This document shows positions 37,240 through 47,056 of a stretch of DNA of 64,000 nucleotides, one piece after another (the first letter of the stretch is position 1; the number at the start of each line of letters is the position of its first letter). Both the position numbers and the translations under genes were made by a program. Under the pieces are notes generated by a model. The model was not told where the DNA came from. It ran no database searches and was given only the letters and a program-made list of their open reading frames with translations. Location of the stretch: the NCBI GenBank assembly GCA_900548875.1, contig URMA01000004.1:6488-70487 (forward strand). Direction: 5' to 3'. Source of the DNA: an uncultured Porphyromonadaceae bacterium. Its GTDB lineage: Bacteria; Bacteroidota; Bacteroidia; Bacteroidales; Muribaculaceae.

Positions 37240-37960
37240 TATCTTTGCCAGAAAGAACAAAAAAACGGATAAGAGCATCCTCAAATTTATGTCTTTATGT
37301 TCTTCTGTCGGAGAAATTTATTTTTGACAAAAGAACACAAGAACAGAAATCATATTTTTATAGACACCTGACACACAACACCTTCAACATTATAAAAATT
37401 TTGTCCTTTTGTTCTTCTGTCCCCAAAAACTCTCCCACCAGCACAGAAGAACACTCTAACGCATTTTATTTTTGACAGAAGAACAGAAAGACATATTTTG
37501 AAAGCGCTGCCAAGTGGCGTCCTCCACTTAGAAAGAGGAGGTGGGCGGAGCCCGGAGGAGTATGAACGCCAACATTGGGTTGGAGATTAGCGTTTGTAAA
37601 CTGTAAATCCTTGGAAAATGTTCATGCTCCCCAGTCTGTGTTCATTCCCCTCAGTCGCAAGCGACGGCTCCCCTATCTTAGGTGAGCACAGGCTAACGCG
37701 TTGATTATCTTATATTTGATTTTTCGACAGAAGAACACAAGAACAGAAATCATATTTTTATAAGAGCTTGACACATAGCACTTTCAGCATCATAAAAATT
37801 TTGTCCTTTTGTTCTTCTGTCAAAAAAACTCCCCCATCAACGACCTGAAAACTGCGTTTTCGTTTGCCTCTCCGCTCTGCTTTTCGTATCTTTGGATAAG
37901 ATTGGAGGCGGCTCGGGATAAAAAATATCTGAAACAAGTTTCAATATTTTATTCTCCGCT
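37240..37960. repeat. Cluster of MITE-like modules (GACAGAAGAACA family) immediately 3' of tRNA-Pro. It includes a duplicated ~110 bp unit (37.32-37.43 and 37.72-37.83 kb) and a ~200 bp GC-richer module (37.49-37.70 kb).
   Basis: Repeated blocks are tttttgacaaaagaacacaagaacagaaatcatatttttata...ttttgtccttttgttcttctgtc. The module gaaagcgctgccaagtggcgtcctcc...ttaggtgagcacaggctaacgcg has an inverted partial copy at 42.38-42.47 kb. Confidence 0.6.
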
Positions 37961-38131
37961 CACCTTTTGCTATCTATTCTTATGGAAATTCCAGTAGCAA
38001 ACTTGAAAACTTCGTTTCCGTTTTCCACTGCACTCGCCTTGCACTATCTTTACATCCGACAAAATACAGATAACATATCAGGCAAATATCGGGCCTGGCT
38101 GCAAACCTTTACAAAAACCTACAAACGTACA

Positions 38132-39682
38132 ATGAACCAATTATTACTGACATCTCTACTTGCCGGCATTGCTACAACCGGCATTTCGGCCCAACAGCAA
38201 TCGCCGAACATCGTACTGATTATGTGCGACGACATGGGCTACTCCGATTTGGGCTGCTACGGCAGTGAAATCAAGACCCCGAACATCGACCGCCTCGCCG
38301 AACAGGGCATACGGTTCAACCAGTTCAAGAACACGGGAAGAAGCTGTCCGAGCCGGGCCGCTCTGCTGACGGGCTATTATCAACACGAAGTGGGCATGGG
38401 CTGGATGACGGCCGTCGACGAACATCGTCCCGGCTACCGCGGACAAATTGACCACGAACATCCGACTATTGCCGAAGAACTGAAAAACCGAGGCTACGCC
38501 ACATATATGAGCGGAAAATGGCACGTTACGGTCGACGGAGCGTTCGACAGTCCCAACGGAAGCTACCCGACACAGCGCGGATTCGACCGCTACTACGGTT
38601 GTCTGAGCGGCGGCGGAAGCTACTATACCCCCACTCCGCTCTACAACGACCTTGACCCCATAACGGAATATCCCGACGGATACTACTATACCCACGCGAT
38701 CACCGACTCTGCGGTTGCGTTCATCGAACGCCACGACCTCCGCAAGCCAATGTTCCTCTATGTGGCACACTATGCTCCCCACCTGCCGCTCAATGCTCCG
38801 GCCGAAGCCGTGGAAAAGTGCATGGACCGCTATAAGGCCGGATTCGATGTGCTTCGACGCCAACGCTTTGAAAAGCAGAAACAGCTCGTACTTGTGCCCG
38901 ACACGATGCAGCTGCCGCTCTTCGACAAGGAATTTAACGGGAAACACCCGAAATGGGAAGACCTGACCGACAACCAGCGGCAAAAATGGACCAAGGACAT
39001 GGCCACTTACGCTGCCATGATTGAAATCATGGACGAGGGTGTGGGCAAAGTGGTGGACGCCGTGAAAAAGAAAGGCATGCTCGACAATACGGTGTTCATA
39101 TTCCTCAGCGACAACGGAGCCACCAGCGAAGGCGGATATATCAACCAACTGCGTGCCGATCTCTCCAACACGCCCTACCGCAGCTACAAGCGCTGGTGCT
39201 ATCAGGGAGGGACAAGCACTCCTTTCATTTTCAGCTACGGCAACAAAAAAATGCAAAAAGGCAAAGGAAGCATCTGCAACCAGCCGGCACACATTATCGA
39301 CATCATGCCTACCTGTCTGGCACTTGCGGGCGACACGGCCAACCCACGTCCCGGCACGAGCCTGCTGCCGGCCCTCTACGGCGACAGCCTCCAGCCACGC
39401 ACGCTCTACTTCGAGCATCAGACTTCCTGTGCCATCATCGACGGCAACTGGAAACTCGTCAAGGAAAACCGCGACACCCCCTGGGAACTCTACAACCTGA
39501 CTACCGATCCCTATGAAACCGACGACCTTGCCCGACGCCGCCCGGAAATCGTGGAACAGTTGGAAGCAAAATGGGTAGAATGGGGAAACACCCACAAGGT
39601 ATTCCCGCTCGACACCAAACCCTGGGGCGACCGCATCAAATTCTACCTCGAAAAGAATCCCGACCAGCGGGGAGAGAACTAA
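38132..39682 (+). CDS. Arylsulfatase-family sulfatase with signal peptide
   Basis: The sulfatase signature C-x-P-x-R is present (SCPSRAALLTGYY), together with the ..MCDDMGYSDLGCYG.. metal-binding region. The start was chosen at MNQLLLTSLLAGIA (signal peptide). The ORF track begins at 37967. Confidence 0.85.
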   Translation: MNQLLLTSLLAGIATTGISAQQQSPNIVLIMCDDMGYSDLGCYGSEIKTPNIDRLAEQGIRFNQFKNTGRSCPSRAALLTGYYQHEVGMGWMTAVDEHRPGYRGQIDHEHPTIAEELKNRGYATYMSGKWHVTVDGAFDSPNGSYPTQRGFDRYYGCLSGGGSYYTPTPLYNDLDPITEYPDGYYYTHAITDSAVAFIERHDLRKPMFLYVAHYAPHLPLNAPAEAVEKCMDRYKAGFDVLRRQRFEKQKQLVLVPDTMQLPLFDKEFNGKHPKWEDLTDNQRQKWTKDMATYAAMIEIMDEGVGKVVDAVKKKGMLDNTVFIFLSDNGATSEGGYINQLRADLSNTPYRSYKRWCYQGGTSTPFIFSYGNKKMQKGKGSICNQPAHIIDIMPTCLALAGDTANPRPGTSLLPALYGDSLQPRTLYFEHQTSCAIIDGNWKLVKENRDTPWELYNLTTDPYETDDLARRRPEIVEQLEAKWVEWGNTHKVFPLDTKPWGDRIKFYLEKNPDQRGEN

Positions 39683-39816
39683 CCCCAGTTACCCCCCCCC
39701 AAAACACCCTCTTTAAAATCATAGAATCAGCGGCAAGAGCAATTTCCCAATTACTCTTGCCGCTGATTTTTCAACTTATCTTTAAATTTCAATCAAATCG
39801 TTTGAATAGCCAGAGG

Positions 39817-40353
39817 CTAAAACTCATAGCCGATGTGCAGGGCATATCCTCCTGACCAGTATGCGCCAAAATTCATATCCAAACCACAAGACAAATTCAA
39901 TGCGCTTTTTTCAGTTAATGCAATACGCAATCCCAGCATCATCATTTCATAGAAAGAAACATCCTCAATATTAACAAAAGAACTGCCTATCCGGTATACA
40001 AAAAATGGAGTGACGCGCCTGTCTAAAAAATTAACCCGGGCTTCCGCAAATACCGGCAAATGCCAATAATTATATTTAGGGCTGACTCCCAACGCCAGTC
40101 CGCCTCCCAAAAAGAAATAATCGTTAAACTGATAGCCATGCGTCGTCGACACACTTACCCAGTCACCGTCAACCCAATCGTCTGTATCGCCATCTACATC
40201 GAAAGCATACCCCATGTTCACAAAACAGTTATATCCCCGCAACGTGCGGCGTTGCTCTTTCTTGCTCAAACCAGCATTGTCCGCTGGCTCGTATGCCACT
40301 GCCGGTAGCGAAGCCAATACCGCTAACAGCAATAATAAAATTCTTGTTTTCAT
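39817..40353 (-). CDS. Small outer-membrane beta-barrel protein (OmpA-like / porin family)
   Basis: A signal peptide (MKTRILLLLLAVLASLPAVA) is followed by alternating hydrophobic beta strands and a C-terminal ..YEF. Length is 178 aa. Confidence 0.6.
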   Translation of the reverse strand: MKTRILLLLLAVLASLPAVAYEPADNAGLSKKEQRRTLRGYNCFVNMGYAFDVDGDTDDWVDGDWVSVSTTHGYQFNDYFFLGGGLALGVSPKYNYWHLPVFAEARVNFLDRRVTPFFVYRIGSSFVNIEDVSFYEMMMLGLRIALTEKSALNLSCGLDMNFGAYWSGGYALHIGYEF

Positions 40354-40572
40354 AGTTATATCGCTTTTTGGTTATATTCAAAGGATACAAAAGGCTGTTC
40401 GGAATAAAAAGCCGAAACAAGTTTCAATATTTTATTTCTCCCTTTTCACTGTTTCTTTACAAATATAAGAATTCACACCCTAAAAGACCACAAATCGGCA
40501 TAAATCATCTTGCCATTAAAACACTAATAACCAATTGATTAAAAAAATATTTTTACACTTCTACAAATCAAA

Positions 40573-42237
40573 CTATTTTTCAGGGGCAGAAGATTCGGCA
40601 TTATCTACAAAGTGAGCGATAAATTCTTTTAAAGGCTCTGAGATTCCCAACTTTTTTGAAATGCGCAGTTTTTTCGTGCTGACATAGTTCGGATTCGTAT
40701 ATCCCATACAAATGGCTATTTCAATATAAGAATAACCGCAACACATCAAGCCGACAATGTGCAGTTCGTCGTCCGACAGATCGGGGCACCGCTCCTTGAG
40801 GCGTGACAAAATATTGCCGTATTTTGAATTGACAAAATACTGAAAATCCTTCCAAAAATCATCCGGAAGTCGGGTTTTCTTTATACGCTCCTTGAATTTA
40901 TTGAAAAAAATGCCCGGCTGCTGATTGTAGCGATGGGAAAGATCTATAAAATATCGGATATTGTCAATCACTTGCGACAAAATGCCTTGCAACATCATGG
41001 CATCCTGCGACTTATCGTTAATAATATTTCGCGATGTGGAGACAACCGTTTGCAGCTGTTCGATAAGCAACTGCTGTTCGCGGAGCTTGGCTTTGCGCTT
41101 CAGCCAATAAATCCATCCGAACAATAGAATGACAGCAATAACGGCAACGATGAAATAGGCGAATGTCTTTTCTCTTTTAAGGCTGACGGTCTGCAACAAA
41201 AGTTGCTGACGGTCGAAACGCTTCTCTGTTTCAAACAGTTCCACCTGTCGGGCGTTTTCAATGATTGTATCTGCCAACTTGCTTGAACGGTCATTATAGT
41301 AGAATGCACTTTTGTAATCGTTTTGTGCCAACGCAATTTCCGTTTCCGCCATCAGTCTCTGCAATCGATCGCGATCCGAGAGATTTTCCGTCGGCAGCTT
41401 GCGGAAAAAGTATAAGGCAGAATCCAGATTCCCGATTTTGGCATAGGCACAGCATAAGTCGTAGTCAACATTTGCAACCAACGGTATTTTTTCCTGAAAC
41501 CGGCTGGCCAGACGCCCTATCGCTATCGCCTCCCGATCCTTATTCTCCGACTCATAAGCACGGGCCTTTGTCGCCAATGCCATATATAGTTTCACACTGT
41601 CGCCAACTGTTCTCGCCAAATCAGCCATTATATCCATATAGTAGTAGGCACTGTCCATATTATAGACACGTAAACTGGAAGAAAGACCCGAAAGACAAGA
41701 AAGCTGATATTTCGTATTGCCGGACTTTTTATAATTGGACAACGCCTTCCGCAATTTAGATATATGTTCTTGATTTTGAATATAGGAATAAGTATATACC
41801 TCAGCCATACGGAGATTGACATAACCGATAAAATCATAGTTGGATGTATCAGCTATCGACTCTGCCTGCTTGTAGAAACGCAACGCCTCCTCTTTTTCTC
41901 CCATTTCGTAGAGAACGGCTCCCTTAAACAGAAGGGAACGTGCATAGTTAGCCCTGTTGTCCGTTGATTTATAGTAGTCCACGGCTATATTGATTAGCGA
42001 ATCATTTTTTGCACGGACATTACATTTATACATCGCCTGCGACATCAGCAAACTGTAGAGCGCGCAGTTCTCCCCGCCGGAAAGGCTATCGGGATTGACG
42101 GAACGCAGTATGACATAAGCGTTGTCAGGACGGGTTTCTACCAAACTGTCGGCCAACACCAGACGGCTGTCGACCTTTCGCGAACATCCGACAACACACA
42201 ACGCAAGCAGCAAAGCAAAACAAAGAAGTTTTTTCAT
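40573..42237 (-). CDS. Lipoprotein-anchored TPR-domain regulator with internal TM helix and C-terminal LuxR-type HTH
   Basis: A lipobox (LALCVVGCS) is followed by TPR-like repeats, a TM helix (FAYFIVAVIAVILLFGWIYWL), a coiled coil, then a LuxR/GerE HTH (..LSDDELHIVGLMCCGYSYIEIAICMGYTNPNYVSTKKLRISKKLG..). It is a paralog-like architecture of the 25630-27198 gene. Confidence 0.65.
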   Translation of the reverse strand: MKKLLCFALLLALCVVGCSRKVDSRLVLADSLVETRPDNAYVILRSVNPDSLSGGENCALYSLLMSQAMYKCNVRAKNDSLINIAVDYYKSTDNRANYARSLLFKGAVLYEMGEKEEALRFYKQAESIADTSNYDFIGYVNLRMAEVYTYSYIQNQEHISKLRKALSNYKKSGNTKYQLSCLSGLSSSLRVYNMDSAYYYMDIMADLARTVGDSVKLYMALATKARAYESENKDREAIAIGRLASRFQEKIPLVANVDYDLCCAYAKIGNLDSALYFFRKLPTENLSDRDRLQRLMAETEIALAQNDYKSAFYYNDRSSKLADTIIENARQVELFETEKRFDRQQLLLQTVSLKREKTFAYFIVAVIAVILLFGWIYWLKRKAKLREQQLLIEQLQTVVSTSRNIINDKSQDAMMLQGILSQVIDNIRYFIDLSHRYNQQPGIFFNKFKERIKKTRLPDDFWKDFQYFVNSKYGNILSRLKERCPDLSDDELHIVGLMCCGYSYIEIAICMGYTNPNYVSTKKLRISKKLGISEPLKEFIAHFVDNAESSAPEK

Positions 42238-42289
42238 CGTTCTTAGAGTAGGCTAAAGTTTTTTGATACTGCTTTACAAATTTAGAATT

Positions 42290-42620
42290 TTCTGACAATA
42301 TATCAAATAGGAAGGTTTACAGTTTGTGGTTTACAGAGCTCCGCAAACCGCTGTTGGCGTTCATGACAGAATTTGTTTTCGACATAAGAACACAAGGACA
42401 TAAGATAATCACCCGCGTTAGCCTGTGCTCACCTTAGCGGAGGACGCCACTTGACAGCGCCTTCAAAATTATGTCTTTCTGTTCTTCTGTCGGAAATCTT
42501 TTTGACATAAGAACACAAGGACACAATTCCCCTTGTTTGTCGAGAACAATCCCCCGACTACTCTCACCCATAACCCCTAATCTATAACCCCAATATGTTC
42601 TTCTGTCAGGAGCAACGCTC
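42290..42620. repeat. Second cluster of GACAGAAGAACA-family modules, in inverted orientation relative to the 37.5-37.8 kb cluster
   Basis: The reverse complement of 42.37-42.47 kb matches gacagaagaacagaaagacata.ttttgaa.gcgctg.caagtggcgtcctcc...taaggtgagcacaggctaacgcg at 37.47-37.70 kb. The match has module insertion/deletion differences. There is also a ..ataacccctaatctataacccc.. block, as at 11.45 kb. Confidence 0.6.
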
Positions 42621-42727
42621 CGCGAGGCCGTATAAAAACAAGCAAGGGGCGGTGCCTCACGGCATTGCCCCTTGATAAGCATATTATGAAAACTTTATTT
42701 AAAGGAATTGATTGTTATCTGCTTTAA

Positions 42728-44803
42728 TTAAAAGAAAGTCAATGAATTGTTTTCAATATCCTTGTTTTCTTTCAAGATATCCAAAGCCATCTGTGAAACC
42801 GCACGTGCGCCGATGATCGAAGAATAGCGGTCGGCCAATTGTTGCGGAGTGAGGCTTGAACTTGACTTCTCGATTTTTTTCACTTCATACACGAACACAC
42901 CCTGCTCGCCTTTCACCGGACCGTTGAGCGAACCCTGCTTAGCATAAGGAGCCTGACCGGTAAGGCATTTTTCCATCGCGCGGAGCGGCATGATGAAATC
43001 CTGAGAGAAGGTAACGACTACAGCTGTGTCGACCGGCACATTCACTGCGGCAGCATAGCCCTGAAGACCCTTGCCCTTGCCGGCATTGAACTTAGCCACC
43101 AATGCTTCAGCCTTCTTGTCGTTGCGAACGCGAGTTTCTACAATCGTGCGGACACTTGCATCACTCAGCGGCATATAGCCTGCCGGAATAACTTCGTCAA
43201 GAGTAAGGGCAATCATCTTGTCGTTGCCTTCCTTGTCGAATACCGGAGAAACCGAACCAGCTTCTGCACCAAACGCCCATTGAATCATCTTACGAGTTGA
43301 CTCGATGCGGTTGATTTGCGGGTCGTTGGCCGTGATAGTAGCTTCGAGCGGCTGATAGCCTGCTGCGACAGCGTTTTCTATAAATGACTTGTTTACGTTG
43401 TTCTTGTTAACATATTCCTGCAATCCGGCGCGAAGATTGTCGACAGTCTTGTCGCTCGGATAAACATGGTAGGTAACCTCGGCAATGTCGTACATCTGCT
43501 TCGGCGCAGCTTTTTTCACTACTTTATAGATCAGTGCACCGTATTCGTTGCTGTCGAGCACGAAATAGTCGGCACCGGCTTCCATCAATTTCTTCTTGGC
43601 AGTTTCAGCCTGCTCAGTGTTGCCCATCTGCAAGGTGTTGAGGGCGAAGTTTTCCTGACCGGCAACCGTCTTACCGTTGACTACTTCAGCGAATGCCTTG
43701 CCGGAATTCAACAGGTTGAGCACAGAATCCTGCGATGCCTTGTTGCCCTGAACCTGAACCATGTTGACTGTAATCGTATCAACATCCATCTTCTTGCCCA
43801 AAAGTTTAGTGACGCTGTGAACATCGGCACGGAAAGCCGGAGTAGAAACAGCACCGACAGCAGCTTCAGCAAGGAAGTTCTTGGTTGCTACGTCGACATC
43901 GTTGGCGCGCACCGTACGTTCGGCAATAGAAACTTCCGAAATGTTGCGGATGGCGTTTACACCTTCATTGGCTTTCAGTTTTGCAACCACTGTGTCCATC
44001 AAAGCCTGTGCAGCAGCCAAATCGGCAGCCGACGGAGCAATATTAACAGCAATGTAGTGGATTTTGCGAAGTTCTTCTTCCGTCTTAAACTGATATTTGT
44101 CTTCATTGTAACGGGCCTTCAGATCTTCTTCGCTGACAGGATAGTCCTTGTTGTCGAGAGAAGTGTAAGGAACGTTTACGAGGTCGATAGTCGAAGCTGT
44201 CGACATTTCAGCGGCAAGCGCTTCCTTGTCGAGGTCGTTAGCCTGGATGGCACCTGCGAGCAGCGTACCGAATTTCTGATATTTCAACTGTTGGTCGATA
44301 TTGCGTTCCATTTCCAACCACTGTGCCTTCAGCGGCTCAACATCCTGCGGATTCAAGCCATATTTGCCGGGGTTGAAAAGCATATCGTGAAGCATTGCAG
44401 GAGAATCGGCTCCCATCTGTGCAGCAAACTGGGCTACTGCCGGAATAGCGTTTGCACCTGTCATAGCTTCTGTAAGCTCTTTGTTGGTAACTTGAATACC
44501 CAACGCTTCCACTTCATCGTTCAACAGTTGCTCGTTGATCATTTCGTTGAGCACCTGCATTTGGACTACTGCACCGTCGAATTTCTGGTTTGACTGCTGC
44601 AAACGCTGGTTATACTCTTCATTGCGACGTTGGAAATCGACGATACTGATTTTCGTACCGTCAACGTTCGCTACGGTAGTGCCGCTACCAAAGAATGAGC
44701 GGCCGGAGTTCAAGAAGTCACCGATGATAAATGCCAAAAGGGCTACACCGATAACTACGAGTAACAATACGGATTTACTCCTGATTTTCTCTAATGTTGC
44801 CAT
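42728..44803 (-). CDS. Peptidyl-prolyl cis-trans isomerase, PpiD/SurA-like periplasmic chaperone
   Basis: A short N-terminal tail and TM anchor precede a SurA-N-like domain and a parvulin-type PPIase region. Length is 691 aa, typical of Bacteroidales PpiD-like proteins. Confidence 0.7.
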   Translation of the reverse strand: MATLEKIRSKSVLLLVVIGVALLAFIIGDFLNSGRSFFGSGTTVANVDGTKISIVDFQRRNEEYNQRLQQSNQKFDGAVVQMQVLNEMINEQLLNDEVEALGIQVTNKELTEAMTGANAIPAVAQFAAQMGADSPAMLHDMLFNPGKYGLNPQDVEPLKAQWLEMERNIDQQLKYQKFGTLLAGAIQANDLDKEALAAEMSTASTIDLVNVPYTSLDNKDYPVSEEDLKARYNEDKYQFKTEEELRKIHYIAVNIAPSAADLAAAQALMDTVVAKLKANEGVNAIRNISEVSIAERTVRANDVDVATKNFLAEAAVGAVSTPAFRADVHSVTKLLGKKMDVDTITVNMVQVQGNKASQDSVLNLLNSGKAFAEVVNGKTVAGQENFALNTLQMGNTEQAETAKKKLMEAGADYFVLDSNEYGALIYKVVKKAAPKQMYDIAEVTYHVYPSDKTVDNLRAGLQEYVNKNNVNKSFIENAVAAGYQPLEATITANDPQINRIESTRKMIQWAFGAEAGSVSPVFDKEGNDKMIALTLDEVIPAGYMPLSDASVRTIVETRVRNDKKAEALVAKFNAGKGKGLQGYAAAVNVPVDTAVVVTFSQDFIMPLRAMEKCLTGQAPYAKQGSLNGPVKGEQGVFVYEVKKIEKSSSSLTPQQLADRYSSIIGARAVSQMALDILKENKDIENNSLTFF

Positions 44804-45099
44804 TTATTTTTGTAGTTTTTAATTTTTTACGCATTAAAATAATTGCAGAAGCAACACGAAAACTCATATATATACTTCTACAAAGTAGCACGCAAAGATA
44901 CCAAAATTCATTAATAATACAAAAACTATTCTTTTTTTTCGCTTTTTATTTGAAAAACAACGGGTTTTAGGGGCATTTTAGCGACAATTTTCTGCTATAA
45001 AACATAATATTGCGAACAATGGCCGGACGTCGCTTGTTGTATAGGCGAACATGGCTGCAAAGACTGAATCCCGGCGGAGGTGCGGAAAACCGGCAATTT

Positions 45100-45240
45100 G
45101 AAAAACTGCGTTTTTCACTTGTCTATTCTCTCGGCTTGCACTATCTTTTCATAAGACAGGCTGCGCCTCGGATTAGACAAATTTGAAAAACTGTGTTTTT
45201 CACTTGTCTATTCTCTCGGCTTGCACTATCTTTGCAGGCG
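45100..45240 (+). promoter_or_regulatory. Tandemly duplicated promoter cassette upstream of metK (downstream copy -7 TATCTTTG at 45227-45234)
   Basis: There are two ~70 bp copies of gaaaaactgYgtttttcacttgtctattctctcggcttgcactatcttt... The first ends tcttttc and the second ends tctttgc (exact TAnnTTTG). The distance to the metK ATG is ~130 nt. Confidence 0.5.
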
Positions 45241-45366
45241 GAAATTAAGTATTAACCCTGTGGAAAAATTTGGCTGCTTGCAACCACATTAAAAAATGCT
45301 AAAACTGCAAATCCCCCTCAGATTTCCAGCCAATTTAGCTTTTCCACTTTAAAACAAAATGGAAAG

Positions 45367-46656
45367 ATGAACTATCTATTCACATCGGAATCGGTGTCGG
45401 AAGGACACCCTGACAAAGTGGCGGATCAAATTTCTGACGCCATTCTTGACAAACTGCTTGCTTATGACCCGGAATCGAAGGTTGCGTGCGAAACGCTCGT
45501 GACTACGGGACAGGTTGTAATTGCCGGCGAAGTGAAATCGGAAGCCTACATCGACATGATGGACACGGCCCGCAGCGTAATCAACCGTATCGGCTACAAC
45601 AAGAGCGAATACAAATTCGACGGCGAATCGTGCGGCGTTCTGCTGGCTATCCACGAACAGTCGAAGGACATCAACCGGGGCGTTGACCGTGGAAACAGGG
45701 AAGACCAAGGAGCCGGCGACCAAGGCATGATGTTCGGTTATGCCTGCAACGAAACGGAAAACTACATGCCGCTGACGCTCGACCTGGCTCATGCCATCCT
45801 CCGCGAACTTGCCGCTATCCGCCGCGAAGGCAAGGTGATGACCTATCTGCGCCCTGACTCAAAAAGTCAGGTGACGGTGGAATACGACGAGCACAACAAG
45901 CCGGTGCGTGTTCACACCATCGTTGTCAGCACACAGCACGACGACTTTATCCAACCGGCCGACAACTCTGACGCCGCTCAGGCGGAAGCCGACCGACAAA
46001 TGGTGGACGTCATCTACAACGACGTCAAGAACATCCTGCTGCCGCGCATCATCCGGACATTGCCCAAACGCATACAGAACATGTTCGACGACCAACTGAT
46101 TCTTCACGTGAATCCTACTGGAAAATTCGTTATCGGCGGACCGAACGGCGACACGGGCCTTACCGGACGTAAAATCATCGTTGATACTTACGGAGGCCGC
46201 GGTGCTCACGGCGGCGGTGCCTTCTCGGGAAAAGACCCTTCGAAGGTGGACCGCTCGGCAGCCTACGCCACCCGACATATTGCGAAAAACATCGTTGCAG
46301 CCGGTCTGGCCGACGAAGCTCTCGTGCAGGTGGCCTACGCCATCGGTGTTGCCCAACCGGTCAGCCTGTGCGTAAACACCTACGGAACAGCGAAAGTCAA
46401 CCTGTCGGATGCAGAAATTTCCGCCCGTATCAGCCAACTGTTCGACATGCGTCCGGCAGCTATCGAGGAACGCCTCGGACTGCGCCAGCCTATCTACGAA
46501 GAAACGGCCGCCTACGGACACATGGGACGCAAGCCGGAAGTGATCGACAAGCACTTCAAGTCGTTCTACAACGGCGACAAGGTTGTCAGAGTAGAACTTT
46601 TCAGCTGGGAAAAGCTCGACTATGTCGACAAAATCCGCAAAGCATTCGGACTGTAA
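45367..46656 (+). CDS. metK: S-adenosylmethionine synthetase
   Basis: The N-terminus is ..[24 protein letters not shown]... The GAGDQG motif and the ..[22 protein letters not shown].. signature are present. Length is 429 aa. Confidence 0.95.
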   Translation: MNYLFTSESVSEGHPDKVADQISDAILDKLLAYDPESKVACETLVTTGQVVIAGEVKSEAYIDMMDTARSVINRIGYNKSEYKFDGESCGVLLAIHEQSKDINRGVDRGNREDQGAGDQGMMFGYACNETENYMPLTLDLAHAILRELAAIRREGKVMTYLRPDSKSQVTVEYDEHNKPVRVHTIVVSTQHDDFIQPADNSDAAQAEADRQMVDVIYNDVKNILLPRIIRTLPKRIQNMFDDQLILHVNPTGKFVIGGPNGDTGLTGRKIIVDTYGGRGAHGGGAFSGKDPSKVDRSAAYATRHIAKNIVAAGLADEALVQVAYAIGVAQPVSLCVNTYGTAKVNLSDAEISARISQLFDMRPAAIEERLGLRQPIYEETAAYGHMGRKPEVIDKHFKSFYNGDKVVRVELFSWEKLDYVDKIRKAFGL

Positions 46657-46675
46657 TCAACACAACCACCATACG

Positions 46676-46717
46676 AAAAACTCCCGGACAACCATCGTAT
46701 TGCCCGGGAGTTTTTGT
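46676..46717 (+). terminator. Rho-independent terminator after metK
   Basis: A hairpin (ctcccgg ... ccgggag) is followed by TTTTTG. Confidence 0.65.
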
Positions 46718-46735
46718 ATACCCCTAACGCCCATG

Positions 46736-46946
46736 TACGAATAAGCATAAAAATTTAGCTTATTCGTACACTTGATTATAATCTATTGTTTTCCAATTAA
46801 TTAAACCTGTAAAATAATTTCAAAACACGGTCAAAAGCACTATCTCTCCCGCTTATTTCACACTAAAAACGACCATTTCAGCCCTAAAATGACAAAATAA
46901 GCATATTTAAATATGCTTATCTTTACAAATATTGTTATTTTAAATA
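46736..46946. repeat. Direct repeat DR-1 (~210 bp) flanking the AAA/DUF4143 ATPase gene
   Basis: It is ~90% identical to 48516-48726. It begins with the palindrome gtacgaataagc-ataaaaattta-gcttattcgtac and ends with the perfect 24 bp palindrome ataagcatatttaaatatgcttat. Confidence 0.7.
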
Positions 46947-47056
46947 TTATTTCGTATATTTGCAGAACACAGGAGACGCCTCTGCAGAAAACTTAAACAA
47001 GTTTGGTTTTCTGCATCCGGCTTTCGCCATATTTGCAACAACAAAATCACATTCAC

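Noticed and set aside
37519-37560. Segment 'agaaagaggaggtgggcggagcccggagg' as possible RNase P RNA, tmRNA or SRP RNA fragment
   Set aside because: It lacks the conserved RNase P (GUCCGGGCUCC-A...AGGGCA context), tmRNA and 4.5S motifs. The segment is part of a repeat module that recurs at 42.3-42.5 kb, so a repeat explains it better.
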